DNA from: Raillietiella orientalis
Taxonomy: Eukaryota
Assembly (NCBI GenBank): GCA_036172245.1
Contig: JAYWIR010000003.1
Coordinates: forward strand, 992,001 to 1,056,000
Reading direction: 5' to 3'
DNA: 64,000 nucleotides
Part shown: positions 13,901 through 26,418 of the stretch, in pieces
Layout of the letters: every line of letters begins with the position of its first letter
How positions within the stretch are numbered: the first letter of the stretch is position 1
Notes under the pieces: generated by a model
Seen by the model: only the letters and a program-made list of their open reading frames with translations
Databases searched by the model: none
Told to the model about the DNA's origin: nothing
Translations under genes and position numbers: made by a program

Positions 13901-15137
13901 TATGCAACGCTCCATCAAATCAAAACAAGTCGAAATTTTATTTTTTCTCTCAATAGCAAAATCAAAATAACGAACTTTACACTTGAATTCATAATATGTT
14001 GGTCAATACCTCGTCTGATTTCTTTCATAATATGATTGAATTAAGACAAGAATTGATGAACTGAAGTACAAATCATTTATTGCCATTGAATTCTCTTGTC
14101 TCAAAGTTGAACTCAACTTTACATTGCTTTTGCGGACTTGTATTGTGGATTCCTCGGAAGATTTTGGCAGCAATTGGTTTTGGAGAGTGATAACTTTAAC
14201 CATGTTTGTTTTGGAAGTCACTGTATTTGTATTTTAAAGTAATTTCCAAAATGAATTGCATTATAGACTCGTTTTCATGATTTTCAAAGACACTAACGAA
14301 ACTAGTTGTATTTAAAAAAAGAAAAAGAAGCTTAAAACTGAAGTAGTGACTACGTAAATGAAAACGTAATCACATGACGTATATCACAGTAAAACAAAAG
14401 TGCTATGAACTCCTTGAAGCTTAACGACGATGCCTGAATTCGAGCCTACTTTAAACAGTCCCAAAGAGAAACTCTTATCTTGTCTTGCACTAACTGTGAC
14501 GTTCCTTAAAACTTTGCTTTTCTATGAAACAGCGATCAAAGTTCTTAGAAAGATGAATTTTTTAAATCGGGTTAATTTAATTTGCAAGATAATATAAAAC
14601 AAGATCCTGAGAGGGCAGTCAGTTTTACGCCTTCATTGTCTTTTTACTTCGAATTTGAGAAATCTCCAGTACACAGAACCAAGAGGTCAATAAAGAATAT
14701 GAGTACACTTATAAAGCATCCGGAATCAGAAACATTAAACTCGCTCTTCATAATTAGAAAAATTTGCTATTGTTTTATAAAGCACTCAATTCTTTCGTCA
14801 CAAAATAAAATGCAGGTGTATCTTTTAACTGGACTTTAACTTGGATTTGGTAATGACACCTTTCAAATAAAACATGAGGTCCAAAGCAACCAGTCAGAAG
14901 CTTGGTAAATATATCCGAGTCCTACGTGCGATGGTACTAGTGGGATGGATGGAGTTCGAATTTTCACAAACTTTTGACATTTTCGTGCTTGCTTTTCGCT
15001 TTTGAGTATACCACACCGTACCTCGTGGTTTTTTGAAAACTTAATTAATAAGGCAGAAATTGTGTGATACGTTTGCCACCTTCACAAGCTGCAGAACATT
15101 TGGTTTCTTTGTACTTTTTCATGCGGTGAACGGTAGC

Positions 15138-16128
15138 ATGTCTGTGGTGAGTATTGAATCTGAAGTTTGATAATTTGCAATATATTCATGCATGTGTAAT
15201 GTTGTCGAATAGTAATTTAGTTTTTGTATCGTAATTTTTTCCCCCCAATATAAAGCTTTTACTTCGATTCTACGTCATTCACTCTCGTGAGTTGAAACGA
15301 ATGCAGTTTCCATTTGAGTATTTTCAATTTGGAGCAATGCAGTTTGAATTTATTTGAACACCTGATGCCCCCAATGATGAACCGCAAAACTATTTGTGTG
15401 AAAATTAGCATGAAAGCATTTCAGTTTTCACAACCGTGTAACCACTGAATTAGATTAAAAAGCATACGGAGAAACCCTACAGATAATACTTTGGTAGTGT
15501 ACATACCAAATGGCGATCAAAATTCAAACCCATTTTTATTAAAAAACGCAATTTTCGTTTCTCCTCATCTGCTCCTTTAAGTGTATTCATGATTACCTTA
15601 ATTTTGAAACAATTCAAGGATGAATTTCAAATTAAATACAAATTAGTGTAACTGGTTTTTTGTATTTTGAAAGCTAATATGTATTCTTTGTAGTTCTTCA
15701 ATAAATCACTTGTCTATGTAAAAATCTAATTCATTTTAAGTTTCTTCACTTACATGAAATCTTGTAGGGACAAGGAGATCAAAAAGAGAAGAAACGAAAA
15801 GAAAGTATTCTTGATTTATCAAAGTATTTGGACAAAGCCATCCGTGTAAAGTTCTCTGGTGGCAGAGAAGCATCTGGTATTCTCAAAGGATTTGATCCTC
15901 TCTTGAATCTGGTTTTAGATGATACAGTGGAATACCTTCGAGGTAAGATCACTGCCAGCAAACAGATTATTCAGTAAATGGGTAGATCCTGATGATCCAT
16001 ACAAGTTAACAGAAGACTCCAGACAGTTAGGTTTAGTGGTATGTCGAAGTACAGCTGTTGTTCTGATTTGTCCTGTAGACGGGATGGAGAGCATTCCCAA
16101 CCCCTTCATTCAGCAAGAAAATCAATAA
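15138..16128 (+). CDS. LSM7: U6 snRNA-associated Sm-like protein LSm7; exons 15138-15146, 15768-15942, 15986-16128 (108 aa)
   Basis: KESILDLSKYLDKAIRVKFSGGREASGILKGFDPLLNLVLDDTVEYLRDPDDPYKLTEDSRQLGLVVCR..IPNPFIQQE. The 9-nt first exon (ATG TCT GTG|gtgagt) is less certain. Confidence 0.95.
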
Positions 16129-16157
16129 ACAGAACTGATATTTATGGAGATCTTATT

Positions 16158-17136
16158 TCAAATTCTGATGAGTATAAATGTAATTGGTAGCAACAAGAAA
16201 AATAATGTTGCTAAAGATATCCGATGACCTCTGTTGCAAGCATCTGTAGAACAAGTGTATACACAGGACCGCTGTTCTAAGGTGTCCCCTGGTCGTTTAT
16301 AGTATTCACAGTAATTTCCCCAACTGCGAGATGAGCAGAAACGTTTTGTTCCCAAATCTCCTAGGGCATACATAATTTAAAAACTGTAATCCCAGGTTAA
16401 AAGCAACAGAGGTAATTTAGAAACATACCTATCACACTCAAGTACAGTTAAAAGTAAATGTTATGTGACTAATATAGAAGTACATCAAGGAAATCCAAGA
16501 CCACAACCTTGAAAGCAGATGCCAAACGACCAGTTAAGTGCAGTAATATTTTTAAAATCATCACATTAAAAGATCAATGCATAAATTTTCAAAGAACGAA
16601 ATAGCATCAGAAACTAACCTCCTGATATTCCTGTCATTTTTATGCAGTATGCTGCATCATGCAAATGATTACAGTCCATGGGCATCAAATCTGTAGTTGC
16701 CACAAAAAATTCGGTGCACTCTAATGAGCTATTACATTGGTAACATTGTATTGCAGAACCTAAATTGTAGAACGAACAACATAAACAAACCATTTATCAG
16801 ATAATCTTACACCCTAACAATGGCTGTACTTGAGCGCTAGTTACACAATGAAAAATTCAAATCCATATAGTACTGAGTGAAAATTTACAGCTGTTTTGAG
16901 TATTACAATCGGTTTCACTGTTGATACTTATTCAAACTTGAGCGCAAATATTGATGCACCACAAATTTTTCATTTCACCATTAAAGTTATTCACATGATT
17001 AATTTGCGCGTTGGGATGTCTAATGAATTGATATCATGCTAATGTTTGAATAAAATGTAACAATAATTAGTTACTTACTCTGCTTGCAAAGAAGACTGTA
17101 AAACAAATAGATTAAACATACACATTTGTTACACAT
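16158..17136 (-). CDS. Ly6/uPAR three-finger (quiver/sleepless-like) protein, probably GPI-anchored; exons 17079-17136 (tentative), 16619-16759, 16158-16360
   Basis: IQCYQCNSSLEC..DC..YCIKMTG..GTKRFCSS..GNYC..RSCVYTCSTDACN followed by a hydrophobic tail; phase-1 introns; candidate signal-peptide exon MCNKCVCLIYLFYSLLCKQ. Confidence 0.85.
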
Positions 17137-19829
17137 TATTTACAAAATACACACACTATTGCCACATGCAAAATTATTTATAAGCAGGTTTTTTTTCTTT
17201 GACAGAAGTTAAAACTTCGAATTCCGAATTACGCCCCAACAATTCATTTGATCTACCATTTCCAAAAGTGGAGTACGACAGGGTGCTTAATCTGCATGTA
17301 ATTATGCAAAAGAATTTAGAGATCACAAGCATTACATGGGAAAACGGTTTTAACAATAGTTGCAAACTTCGACGTTGGCCAGGTAAAACTGTGAATTGTT
17401 CTGGCCATTATTTTCCAATAAATAATGCAAGTTTTACTACTACATTATCCATCGTCAAGCAATGCAATCACATTAATGAAAGTTCTAGCAAAAACTATGC
17501 TCCTGTGAAAACTTTAGATATGTTCTGATACATTACGTAACTTAAGAGGAATATATCTTCAGTAACGGATGAGTATCATTGGCAACTCTTATTAATATGG
17601 GAGTTGCCCCTAGGTTGTACACTGCTCCCGAAAATTAGAGTATTTATTTCAATAATATTTGTGCATAAACAAAACTGAATTTGAAATGAAAATTTTGCTA
17701 AACGCTTCTCATCCAAATATGAATTTTCTTAATCTTTTTGCATTACTGAAAGAATAAGTACCATTGAGGTCCAGTCACATAAAGATTACAAAATTCATTA
17801 TATTCGTTATTCTTTTAGGACCTACAAATGTAGTCTATAAAACTTTCTTAACCAATCCATCTTTAAAATAGAATCATTTCCCAATGATGCTTCATTTGAG
17901 AATCTGTTTTTTGAAGTACACGTATATCCAAGTTAGCATTTTTGTAGCATTTACAAAAAAATTGCATGCACTTACTGAATCAAAAAACTGTTCTCCAAAA
18001 AATATTAAAACAAATCGATATCTAAACTCTGTAGATGTGTAGGTAAAGCCTTTCGAAAGATTTATTGGAAAAATTGGAAAATGATCAAAACCAGATACGA
18101 GAAAAAACCTGAAGTGTCTGCATCCAAAGATGCTCGCCAAATGTTTAGGGAGACTTCAAGTGCTAAACAAAAAATGTTCAGTATAGTCCGCAATTCCAAA
18201 GCAACGAGGAGTTCTATAGCCTATATAGCCTAAAGTCCGAACATCTGAAACATCAAAAGCTTATCGACTAAACATCAAAATGGAAAAAGTGACTTTTCGC
18301 AACTCATAGAGAGCTGGGAAAACTGATACTTCAATGACATTTTGTTTTCTCTAAGGGTCGGCGAAAGCTACGGAAGTCGGCTTGCACTGATAAAAAATTA
18401 TCAACCCTATCTGGAAACAAAAACGGAGATTACGCTACCGCTTTCAATTAAAGGAAACTCCCAAACTAGGATGCATAAGGAGAACTCGAGAGAATCCCTT
18501 TGTATCTTTTTCGTAATGGTTCAGCCTTAGCGTCTGATATATAATCGAAGAATGTGAAAGACTTCCGCCTGGAGACGTGTACCTAGACGTCTATTTCAAT
18601 CCTCGCAAAGAGAAAAATGAAGAGTTTTTCTACAGGCAGTAACTCTAGGTAGCCTTAGACAACAACTAAGCAAGATCAATTAGAAGATTATTCACTTCAC
18701 TGAGGCTCTTTTTTAAGAAAAACATGATAAAAGGTATGGCAGCAGCCGGAGAGTCGCTGGAATCTCAGGAGGATTTTCGTCATAATATTTCTGAGGTCCT
18801 GTTGAAGAAGTAAATGATATTCAGAATATGTGTCAATTTACAGTAGGAGCCTACCGATAAATGATACTACTTTCAAGAGAAATGTATAAGAGAACAACAA
18901 TCCAACACCAAAAGCAGTAGAAGAGAGGTGCAAATCTATCGAGGAAAAAAAAAAATGTTCAGTCTCATTTGTCAAGAGCAGTAAGCAGTGCAAATACATT
19001 GTAAGATTATCTTAAGCATGTGAAGTGTAAAACCGATCTCGTGCATAACGTGCTGGTGCAAAGGGTTCTATAATTTAATGGAACAAAGCAAAAAGGACCC
19101 AATGAGATTTGACTTATATGCTTAATAGCCTGAACTTCAAGATACTCTGTAATCAGTGAGTACTTTGCAAACAACGATTATCTCTCATCAAATACATGAG
19201 ATGAGAAAACCACATAGACATTGAAAGGATTCCCAAATCATCTATATAAGCAAATAAAAACTATTAAAATCTTGTCTGAGTATTCAAAAGGTACTCGGAA
19301 ATTTCTAAATAAAAGGAAAAATATTGTTAACAAAATATCAATGTGATGGAAAAGCGCAATTATTTGAAAAGAAAAAAGTCATTAATCATGAATAAAATAG
19401 TGATGACAAGACGTTCTGCTTTCCAACGAAGACATCAATGAATGTAAATTTAAATAAACCATAATATAAATAATTTTATTCCGTCATTCGCATTTCTGAA
19501 GTCATTTGGTTCCATGCGTTCCATGCATTCTATTTTGTGATTAAAAAAGACAGAGAGACGCAAAGTAAATGAGAGAATCCTTCTGCAATTTAAGTTTCAT
19601 TTCTATGAGAAAAGGAAAACCATTATCTAATTAGGAGCGTCTAGACAGGAGCCCTTATAGCTCCAGATAGTGCATCTTTCGCATTATCTATAGCAAAGAA
19701 TCCACTAAGCGAACTCTTATCTAAAGGTATGATAAAAACGAACTCCCATCAAGAGGTACTAAAACAATCAATCACGCAAGAAAACTATTCATGCTATCTA
19801 GAACATATTTGATTTGCATAAGATTGTGC

Positions 19830-20337
19830 TAATGGAAACGAAATGTAACCTCCGATTGGAAGCGAATCTTAAGAATAAAGGAAGGAACTTTTCACAAATC
19901 TTATTTTTGTAAAAAGGTGGATTATTTACATCCACACTTTCAGTTAGCTGTCCCTTTCTCCGTGGTTACAAATTATTCCAATCAGTGCTCATCAGAAAAT
20001 GTGCTCATCAGTCACTATTTGTAGTTAAAAGGAGTCAGCATCTCGCTGGAAAGTTCCATCCGATGGAATTTCATTTTTCCCGAACAACTCCGATTCACGA
20101 AGCGTTTTATCTGCTCCCCTTGCAACGTTTGAGATGTTAGTTTGTAACTCCATAAAGCGCAATATTATTTCCTGCTTGCCCCTCATTTTCTTCTGGAGGT
20201 TGCCTCCTTGTGCAAGACACACTTGGCAGCACGATTTCTACCGCAACCCTGCGTAACCTCATTCTCCACATTGTTCTATGATATGTGTTCTCAGAATCCC
20301 ACAAAAAGTGAAGACGTAATTTGTTGGAAAAAACTTA
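19830..20337 (+). repeat. 508-bp direct repeat, copy 1 (candidate promoter plus non-coding leader exon)
   Basis: No difference seen versus 24873-25380 (offset 5043); the ORF track also gives identical 65-aa translations for both copies. Candidate donor GAC|GTAATT at 20316. Confidence 0.95.
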
Positions 20338-21407
20338 GAGATATTCACAATTAGTCCATACCTATTTTTTTTTATATCCCTAAAAAATGTAAAATATCAA
20401 AATGGGGGGGGGGAATCGTTGAACTTTTCAGTTACCATTTTGAAATGAGCCCCAGATAATATTGATCTGATGTTCATTTTTTCCATTTCGAACTCTATCG
20501 TTAGATTATCTCCGATGAACTTAGATATTTGTCATGGCATTTAAGTTTGTGTTCAACTTAGACATTAGGAATTGTGGACATTTAACTAGTAAGGTTTCTT
20601 TACCTTATGCCATTTCTTTCACTCGGTGAAAATTTTCTCATTTATGAACGTGCATATTGGTTAAGAATTCAGGGTATGTAGGTTCTCATTGAAGTGGAAA
20701 TAAAACTATTTTACATTAACATTTGGTTAACATACATATTTCTCTATACAGAGACTTGTTCTGCATTCACATATTCGAGTATGTGATTTGTTGTTAACAA
20801 CGAAATGGTAGCATATGTGGACATGAATTCTAAAGGCCTTAAACAATTCAAGGAGTCCTTGCTGTATATTTCTTTGTAAATGTAAAACAAGAAACATAGT
20901 CGAATTGATAGAATTTGCAACGAATGGCATTCTCTATGTATCAACGTCAGCTGCTCAAAATGGGTGAATATATTGCACTTTCATACTTAACGCAACTGCA
21001 ATGAATTTGAAGAGATTTCATAATTTTATTAATGAGGGCTTGCCATCAAGAGTATCTGAATGTTTACTTAGTTACTTAAAGCAATTTGTACAAATTTATT
21101 TACTTTGAACCCAAGGGACGAAAAATAGAGTTCTTCACTACCGCATGCGAAGAATCCCGCCAAGTATTTGCCAGTCTGCGAGTTAATTTGAGAGAGTTTT
21201 TCGCAAATTTTCAAGTAAACTTGGGTCGCATTCTCTTAGACGTGTGAATATCTGTTATCCAGAAGGAAGGCAATGCTTTGAATTCTTAGAGCAGAGGGAG
21301 TGGAAACTAAATGAATAGATGAATGAATACGAGTATTCGAATCGTTGCAGACGGCTGTTGAACTTATAGTGGCATCTGCCTCCTGACTTTCTATCGGTCC
21401 AATGCAA

Positions 21408-21985
21408 GTTTCAGATCCTACGTATACTTAAGATGTATTTTCCTCTGCATGTCTCTACCGCTGGTTGCAGCCATTGGCTAACTCCTACTTCGTATTCGAT
21501 TGGATTTCTATTTCATCACTTGTAAATTGATCTTCCATATGCAGAATCCTTTCTTGGACAGCTTCTAGGCATGTTTCTGATTGCTTCCTACTACATACTT
21601 TCTGTGTCCCCTCCCATTCCTGAACCAAGTCCTATTCGAATCCCAATCATCCCATGTCGATACCATAAGTCTTGTTTTGAGTAAACATTGCACACCTAGA
21701 GAATGTTTCTCCATACCAAAGTGATGGAATGAAAATGCTAAGTATTTTTTATTTTTTCCCATATCCATAGCTTTCCTCAGGCAATCACCCTCTGAGAACA
21801 GCTAACCTTAGGGAATGTGCAGTTCTCACATCCTTCAGTAAAGTAGGGAGTAAAATCAACGATCCCAATGGTTGAATGCACCCGAAATGCTGCCAATATG
21901 CATTTCTCGATCAAGGGTGAATCCCTCCCCCCCCCAACCAAATTGGAACGAGCCTGGCTTTTCCATAGTATTTTATAGCCAGAGT
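21408..21985 (+). pseudogene. Decayed duplicate of ERGIC1 exons 2-4
   Basis: Collinear nucleotide similarity at about 5 kb offset: ctaccgctggttgcagccattg..gtattc..ctatt..ttgta vs ctaccgttactggagcaatag..gtattc..ctatt..ttgta; aaacattgcac..aatgtt..atggaatgaaaatgctaagt vs aaagattgcag..aatgtt..atggaatgcacatgtaatt; gagcctggcttttccat vs gaagccaggttttacat. No intact frame. Confidence 0.7.
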
Positions 21986-22232
21986 GTGTTTGGATCCATA
22001 TTGGTACTTATTGCCGAACACCACGTAAGCGCGCTGCCCCGTGTATTTGACTGTTCTTCTAGCAGCTTCAGTGGGATGCTGTGATAAACTATGCAGTGGT
22101 TCTCAGCACAGACAAAGCTGCTGATGTTGTGTTAATGAAATGTTGCACAGTAGTTGTTTTTGCCGTCTTTACGAAGAGGTGTTCAGATTTATGTGACAGG
22201 TGCTTATTGGAATTCCCGCTCTTGTAACTAAC

Positions 22233-23102
22233 ATGTTGCAACAGTTCTGCAACACCAGCATGAACCGCATGTTTTCGGTATACACGCAGAATATCATCAA
22301 CAAAAGTGTTTTCAAAACAGAGCTTCTAGCCGGTGAGCATAAAGGTATCTTTTCTCTGGGAATAAACAGAGCAGAAAGGAAGAATGCTATAAGCAAAGCA
22401 TTTGTGCAGGAAATGGACGATATTTTAGATGAAATTGAGTCGAACACTCAAGTGCACGTAGTTGTGTTGCATAGTGTGGTCCCCCAAATATTTTGTGCTG
22501 GTGCAGATTTGAAAGAACGTGAAGAAATGAAGATTAGTGATGTTGTCCCATTTGTTAGAAAACTGAGAAAACTCACTCTTAAACTCCAGCAACTGACACC
22601 TGTTACCATTGCTGCTATGGATGGCCATGCACTAGGAGGAGGACTGGAGCTTGCTATGTCTTGTGATTTGTTAATCTGTGCCTCAGATATCAGACTGGGG
22701 TTAGTCGAAACCAGTCTAGGTATATTTCCTGGTGCAGGGGGCTGTGCAAGAATGTCCCGCCTCATTGGATCACTGAAAGCTAAGGAATTGGTTTTGACTG
22801 CAGAAGTGTTTAATGGCGAGAAAGCAGAAAAGTTGGGTTTAGTGAACCGTGCAGTTTCTCAGAATAGTGAAGGAAATGCTGCTTTCCAAGCAGCTCTCTC
22901 TTTGGCAAAAAAGATTACAGCGAATGCTTTAATGGCTACTAAATTAGCCAAGTTTGTTCTCAATCATGGTTATGATATAGATTTGAAAACAGCATTGGCA
23001 TTAGAAGAGGCAGCCTATTCTTCTACTGTTTTTTCGAAGGATCGTTCTGAAGCTTTGAAAGCCTTCAAAGAAAAACGCCCTCCAATCTTTACAGGAGAAT
23101 AA
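22233..23102 (+). CDS. AUH: Crotonase-family enoyl-CoA hydratase, AUH (methylglutaconyl-CoA hydratase)/ECHDC2-like; intronless CDS
   Basis: GINRAERKNAISK, FCAGADLKER, AAMDGHALGGGLELAMSCD, GLVETSLGIFPGAGG, AFKEKRPPIFTGE; both catalytic Glu present; first ATG at 22233. Confidence 0.88.
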   Translation: MLQQFCNTSMNRMFSVYTQNIINKSVFKTELLAGEHKGIFSLGINRAERKNAISKAFVQEMDDILDEIESNTQVHVVVLHSVVPQIFCAGADLKEREEMKISDVVPFVRKLRKLTLKLQQLTPVTIAAMDGHALGGGLELAMSCDLLICASDIRLGLVETSLGIFPGAGGCARMSRLIGSLKAKELVLTAEVFNGEKAEKLGLVNRAVSQNSEGNAAFQAALSLAKKITANALMATKLAKFVLNHGYDIDLKTALALEEAAYSSTVFSKDRSEALKAFKEKRPPIFTGE

Positions 23103-24872
23103 TTGAATTTTTATTAGATGGAATCTTAAATTAGGCCATAAAATTTTTTATGGCAAGTTATTAAAATATTAGTTCAGCATGTTCTAGCAAAATTTAATGC
23201 CAAGAATTGGAGTTATAGATGTGCAGAGAACAAAGAAACTCTGTTATCCTCTGTTTTGCAATATAGTATGATTTTTAGATGAAAATGTAGCTGCAAATAT
23301 TATTATGTTGGCAGGTTTTTGTATAACACTATGCCTGTTTAGTCACTGATAATTTGTGCTATTTTTTACATTCTGAAAGTTTGTCATGTTACTTGATATT
23401 GGGGATACATATGGCACTATGTCAAAACTGAATGCATGAAATAACTTGTTTTGATTAATGGAGTAATATTTTAACTTGAGTTCTTCAATCCATGGATCCC
23501 AAAGTTCCAATTTGGAATTTCACATTAAACAGAGGACCACATATACTTGAAAAATAATAAATGGAGATTATTATTGGTAGACACACCATTTCCTGGTGAT
23601 TGAGTGCTGAATTATTATTTAAAAACTTTTGTTTCATTGTGTCTAGCACAATCTTTTCAACACGAATTGATAAATAGGTTGCTGAACTATGCAAATTGTC
23701 AACTAGTTACCTAGTTTGAGTCACATGGAACAAACTATTGATGTATGTGCGTGCACCATGGTCAATTCTTGATACAAACAATGTTGCATGCCACATTCAT
23801 CAATTAAATAGTCGTGTGTTTCTTTAATGAAAAGAGGAGATTGAAGATGATCTCCACATAATATTTGTAAATGATTACGATATGATTAGAAGGGGAGGGT
23901 TGTAGATTTTGATGCTTATGGATGCTGGCATCAGGAGTGAAAACACTAAGGAAGCATATGGATATGGATGGATAAGATAAAGTGAAAATTGTTTTTCTTT
24001 AAAAATTTGTTGTACCAGTTAGCACAAAGTGGGATGAGGGTTGAAAGTGGACACTGCTGTTGCAACTGGAGCAGTACTATTGAAAATGGAGTGATTATTT
24101 TGGTTATGGTTTCTAACCAAAAAACTGGTGTGGGCTGTTGAGAATGTTTGGTTTGTGTTGCTACGTGTGCTGTTAATGCTGTGAGACTTTAAACATTAAA
24201 GGGAAGGGGAAAGTTGTCAGGAAATTTTGGCAAGAGGATGTTTGGATAATACATGGAATGAACATGGTGAATGGAATTGGAATCCTGGTAGTGATATGAA
24301 CTTCCAAACTTTGCATGTTTAACTTATGGAGGATGTGCAATTTAACCTTGCTCTCCATCCCGTATTTGAAGATTATTATACAATTGTGTGCATATGAAGA
24401 CTGCTGATACGAGAAACAAAGACTTGCCTTATATTTGCATCTATGTGAAATGCAGCATCTTACATCTTAAGCACCCTTTGGAACAGCATAAAGTGTGTAG
24501 AGTTGTCTACAATGGTCATCGCAAATGGAAAACGCTCAATTCACTCTCACTTTCAGTCAGTTTCCAAGTCGGTCTTGATTTTAAGCTGATGAAAGAAATC
24601 TACATATTGGAAGCCATTCCATGGTTTTCCCGGTGATCACATAGAATCATGCGTGCATCAACTTGGAAGTAGCCCCAAGCAAATGAAGTTAGCTAATTTC
24701 GTCACGAAGTCGTCTCATGACCTGGGACCCCATGGTCATGTACTCTTGCAGAGACAGGAATGTGCTTAGCAGCTCACAAGAGATGTTCTCCATGAAGTCG
24801 TTACCAGAATGACAAACGTCCCTAAACACTAACTTTTCCTCAACAGCCTCGAATCAAAATATTTGATTTGCA

Positions 24873-25380
24873 TAATGGAAACGAAATGTAACCTCCGATT
24901 GGAAGCGAATCTTAAGAATAAAGGAAGGAACTTTTCACAAATCTTATTTTTGTAAAAAGGTGGATTATTTACATCCACACTTTCAGTTAGCTGTCCCTTT
25001 CTCCGTGGTTACAAATTATTCCAATCAGTGCTCATCAGAAAATGTGCTCATCAGTCACTATTTGTAGTTAAAAGGAGTCAGCATCTCGCTGGAAAGTTCC
25101 ATCCGATGGAATTTCATTTTTCCCGAACAACTCCGATTCACGAAGCGTTTTATCTGCTCCCCTTGCAACGTTTGAGATGTTAGTTTGTAACTCCATAAAG
25201 CGCAATATTATTTCCTGCTTGCCCCTCATTTTCTTCTGGAGGTTGCCTCCTTGTGCAAGACACACTTGGCAGCACGATTTCTACCGCAACCCTGCGTAAC
25301 CTCATTCTCCACATTGTTCTATGATATGTGTTCTCAGAATCCCACAAAAAGTGAAGACGTAATTTGTTGGAAAAAACTTA
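24873..25380 (+). repeat. 508-bp direct repeat, copy 2 (upstream of ERGIC1)
   Basis: Matches 19830-20337; candidate donor GAC|GTAATT at 25359. Confidence 0.95.
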
Positions 25381-26418
25381 TTCACAATATGCACAATTCT
25401 GTTTTCCCTTTAAATCCCTAAAAAGTGCGTTACGATTCATTTCTTTTCCTTAAGGTTTAGAATGCCATCATGCAAGAACTTAGAGTTCGATGCTGAAGGT
25501 GTTCGTCAATGTTTTAGTGATGTCTCAAATAATGGAAAAAAAAAAAAACTTCTAAAATAATTGATGCACACATTGCAGCACGTTCAAATCGTGCCGGAAA
25601 TGCTAAAACCGTTTCAAATCAAATAAAAAAGTCGAATCTCGTAATAAGCAAAATTGCAACGAAATATTAAATCACGGGAAAATTTTTCTTACAAATAAAG
25701 ATGCAGACATAAAAACTTGGGGTGCAGATCTAAATGTGTTTATAGTTTTAGAATTTTAAAACGGACTGGAAGTTTTATTTTATAGAGGTTTTGCTGTGGA
25801 ACTTCGATCCAGTGTTTTGAATTTGACAAAGAAACAAACAGGAACAAATGCTTACAAATGTTAAATAATGCCATTTCTGTCGAGACATCTTAATTTTTCA
25901 TTCATGATTTATTTGAATTTTTTTCTTCTGCCATGAAATTCTGAGCTCGGAGTCGGAGCAATCGGTGCAGATGCATCAGATGTATCTGTGCCGCCTTCGC
26001 CATGAGGTGTGAATTGCTCACGAACACATATGTCATTTCAATGATTTTTCTTGGATCTGACGATGACGTTTTCGGTGGGAACCATCCGTTCAGCCATATA
26101 CATTTCAAGTTAAATTATTTTTATTTAGTAATTTTTGCGTTAAAACAGAACTGGTTTGGTTTCGAGGCTAGTTTCCTCGAACCATTTACGTTTTAGTAAA
26201 ACGTAAACGGTAATGAACCAAAACGCTCAAAATTGTATTTCTTTTCAAAAATTGTGATGTTCTTAGTTGAATATTGAATATTATGCATTGAATTCTCATG
26301 TATTCATTATAGAAATGATGTTACAATTTTGAAAGCGGGTAACCAAGAAGTGTAGTGGTGTTGTCTAGTCATGTTATTATTGCACTGAATTTCATATATA
26401 GAGAAAGAACTGTAGATT

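Noticed and set aside
14003..14221. Exon-like minus-strand open segment with acceptor and donor
   Set aside because: No homology recognised and no partner exons could be linked.
18300..19100. Possible AT-rich RT relic (FSLRVGES, YLDVYF)
   Set aside because: Too few and too weak motifs to support a call.
20025..20222. Duplicated 65-aa minus-strand ORF (also 25068-25265)
   Set aside because: Non-ATG start, no recognisable homology; identity follows from the DNA repeat.
19830..20337. snRNA, 7SK, SRP, RNase P or telomerase RNA gene (octamer ATTTGCAT just upstream)
   Set aside because: No recognisable conserved motifs or TTAGG template; an Rfam scan would be needed to exclude it fully.
19830..25380. 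LTR retrotransposon carrying AUH between two LTRs
   Set aside because: No TG..CA ends at the repeat boundaries, no TSD, PBS or PPT seen, and homology continues past the repeat into ERGIC1 exons.
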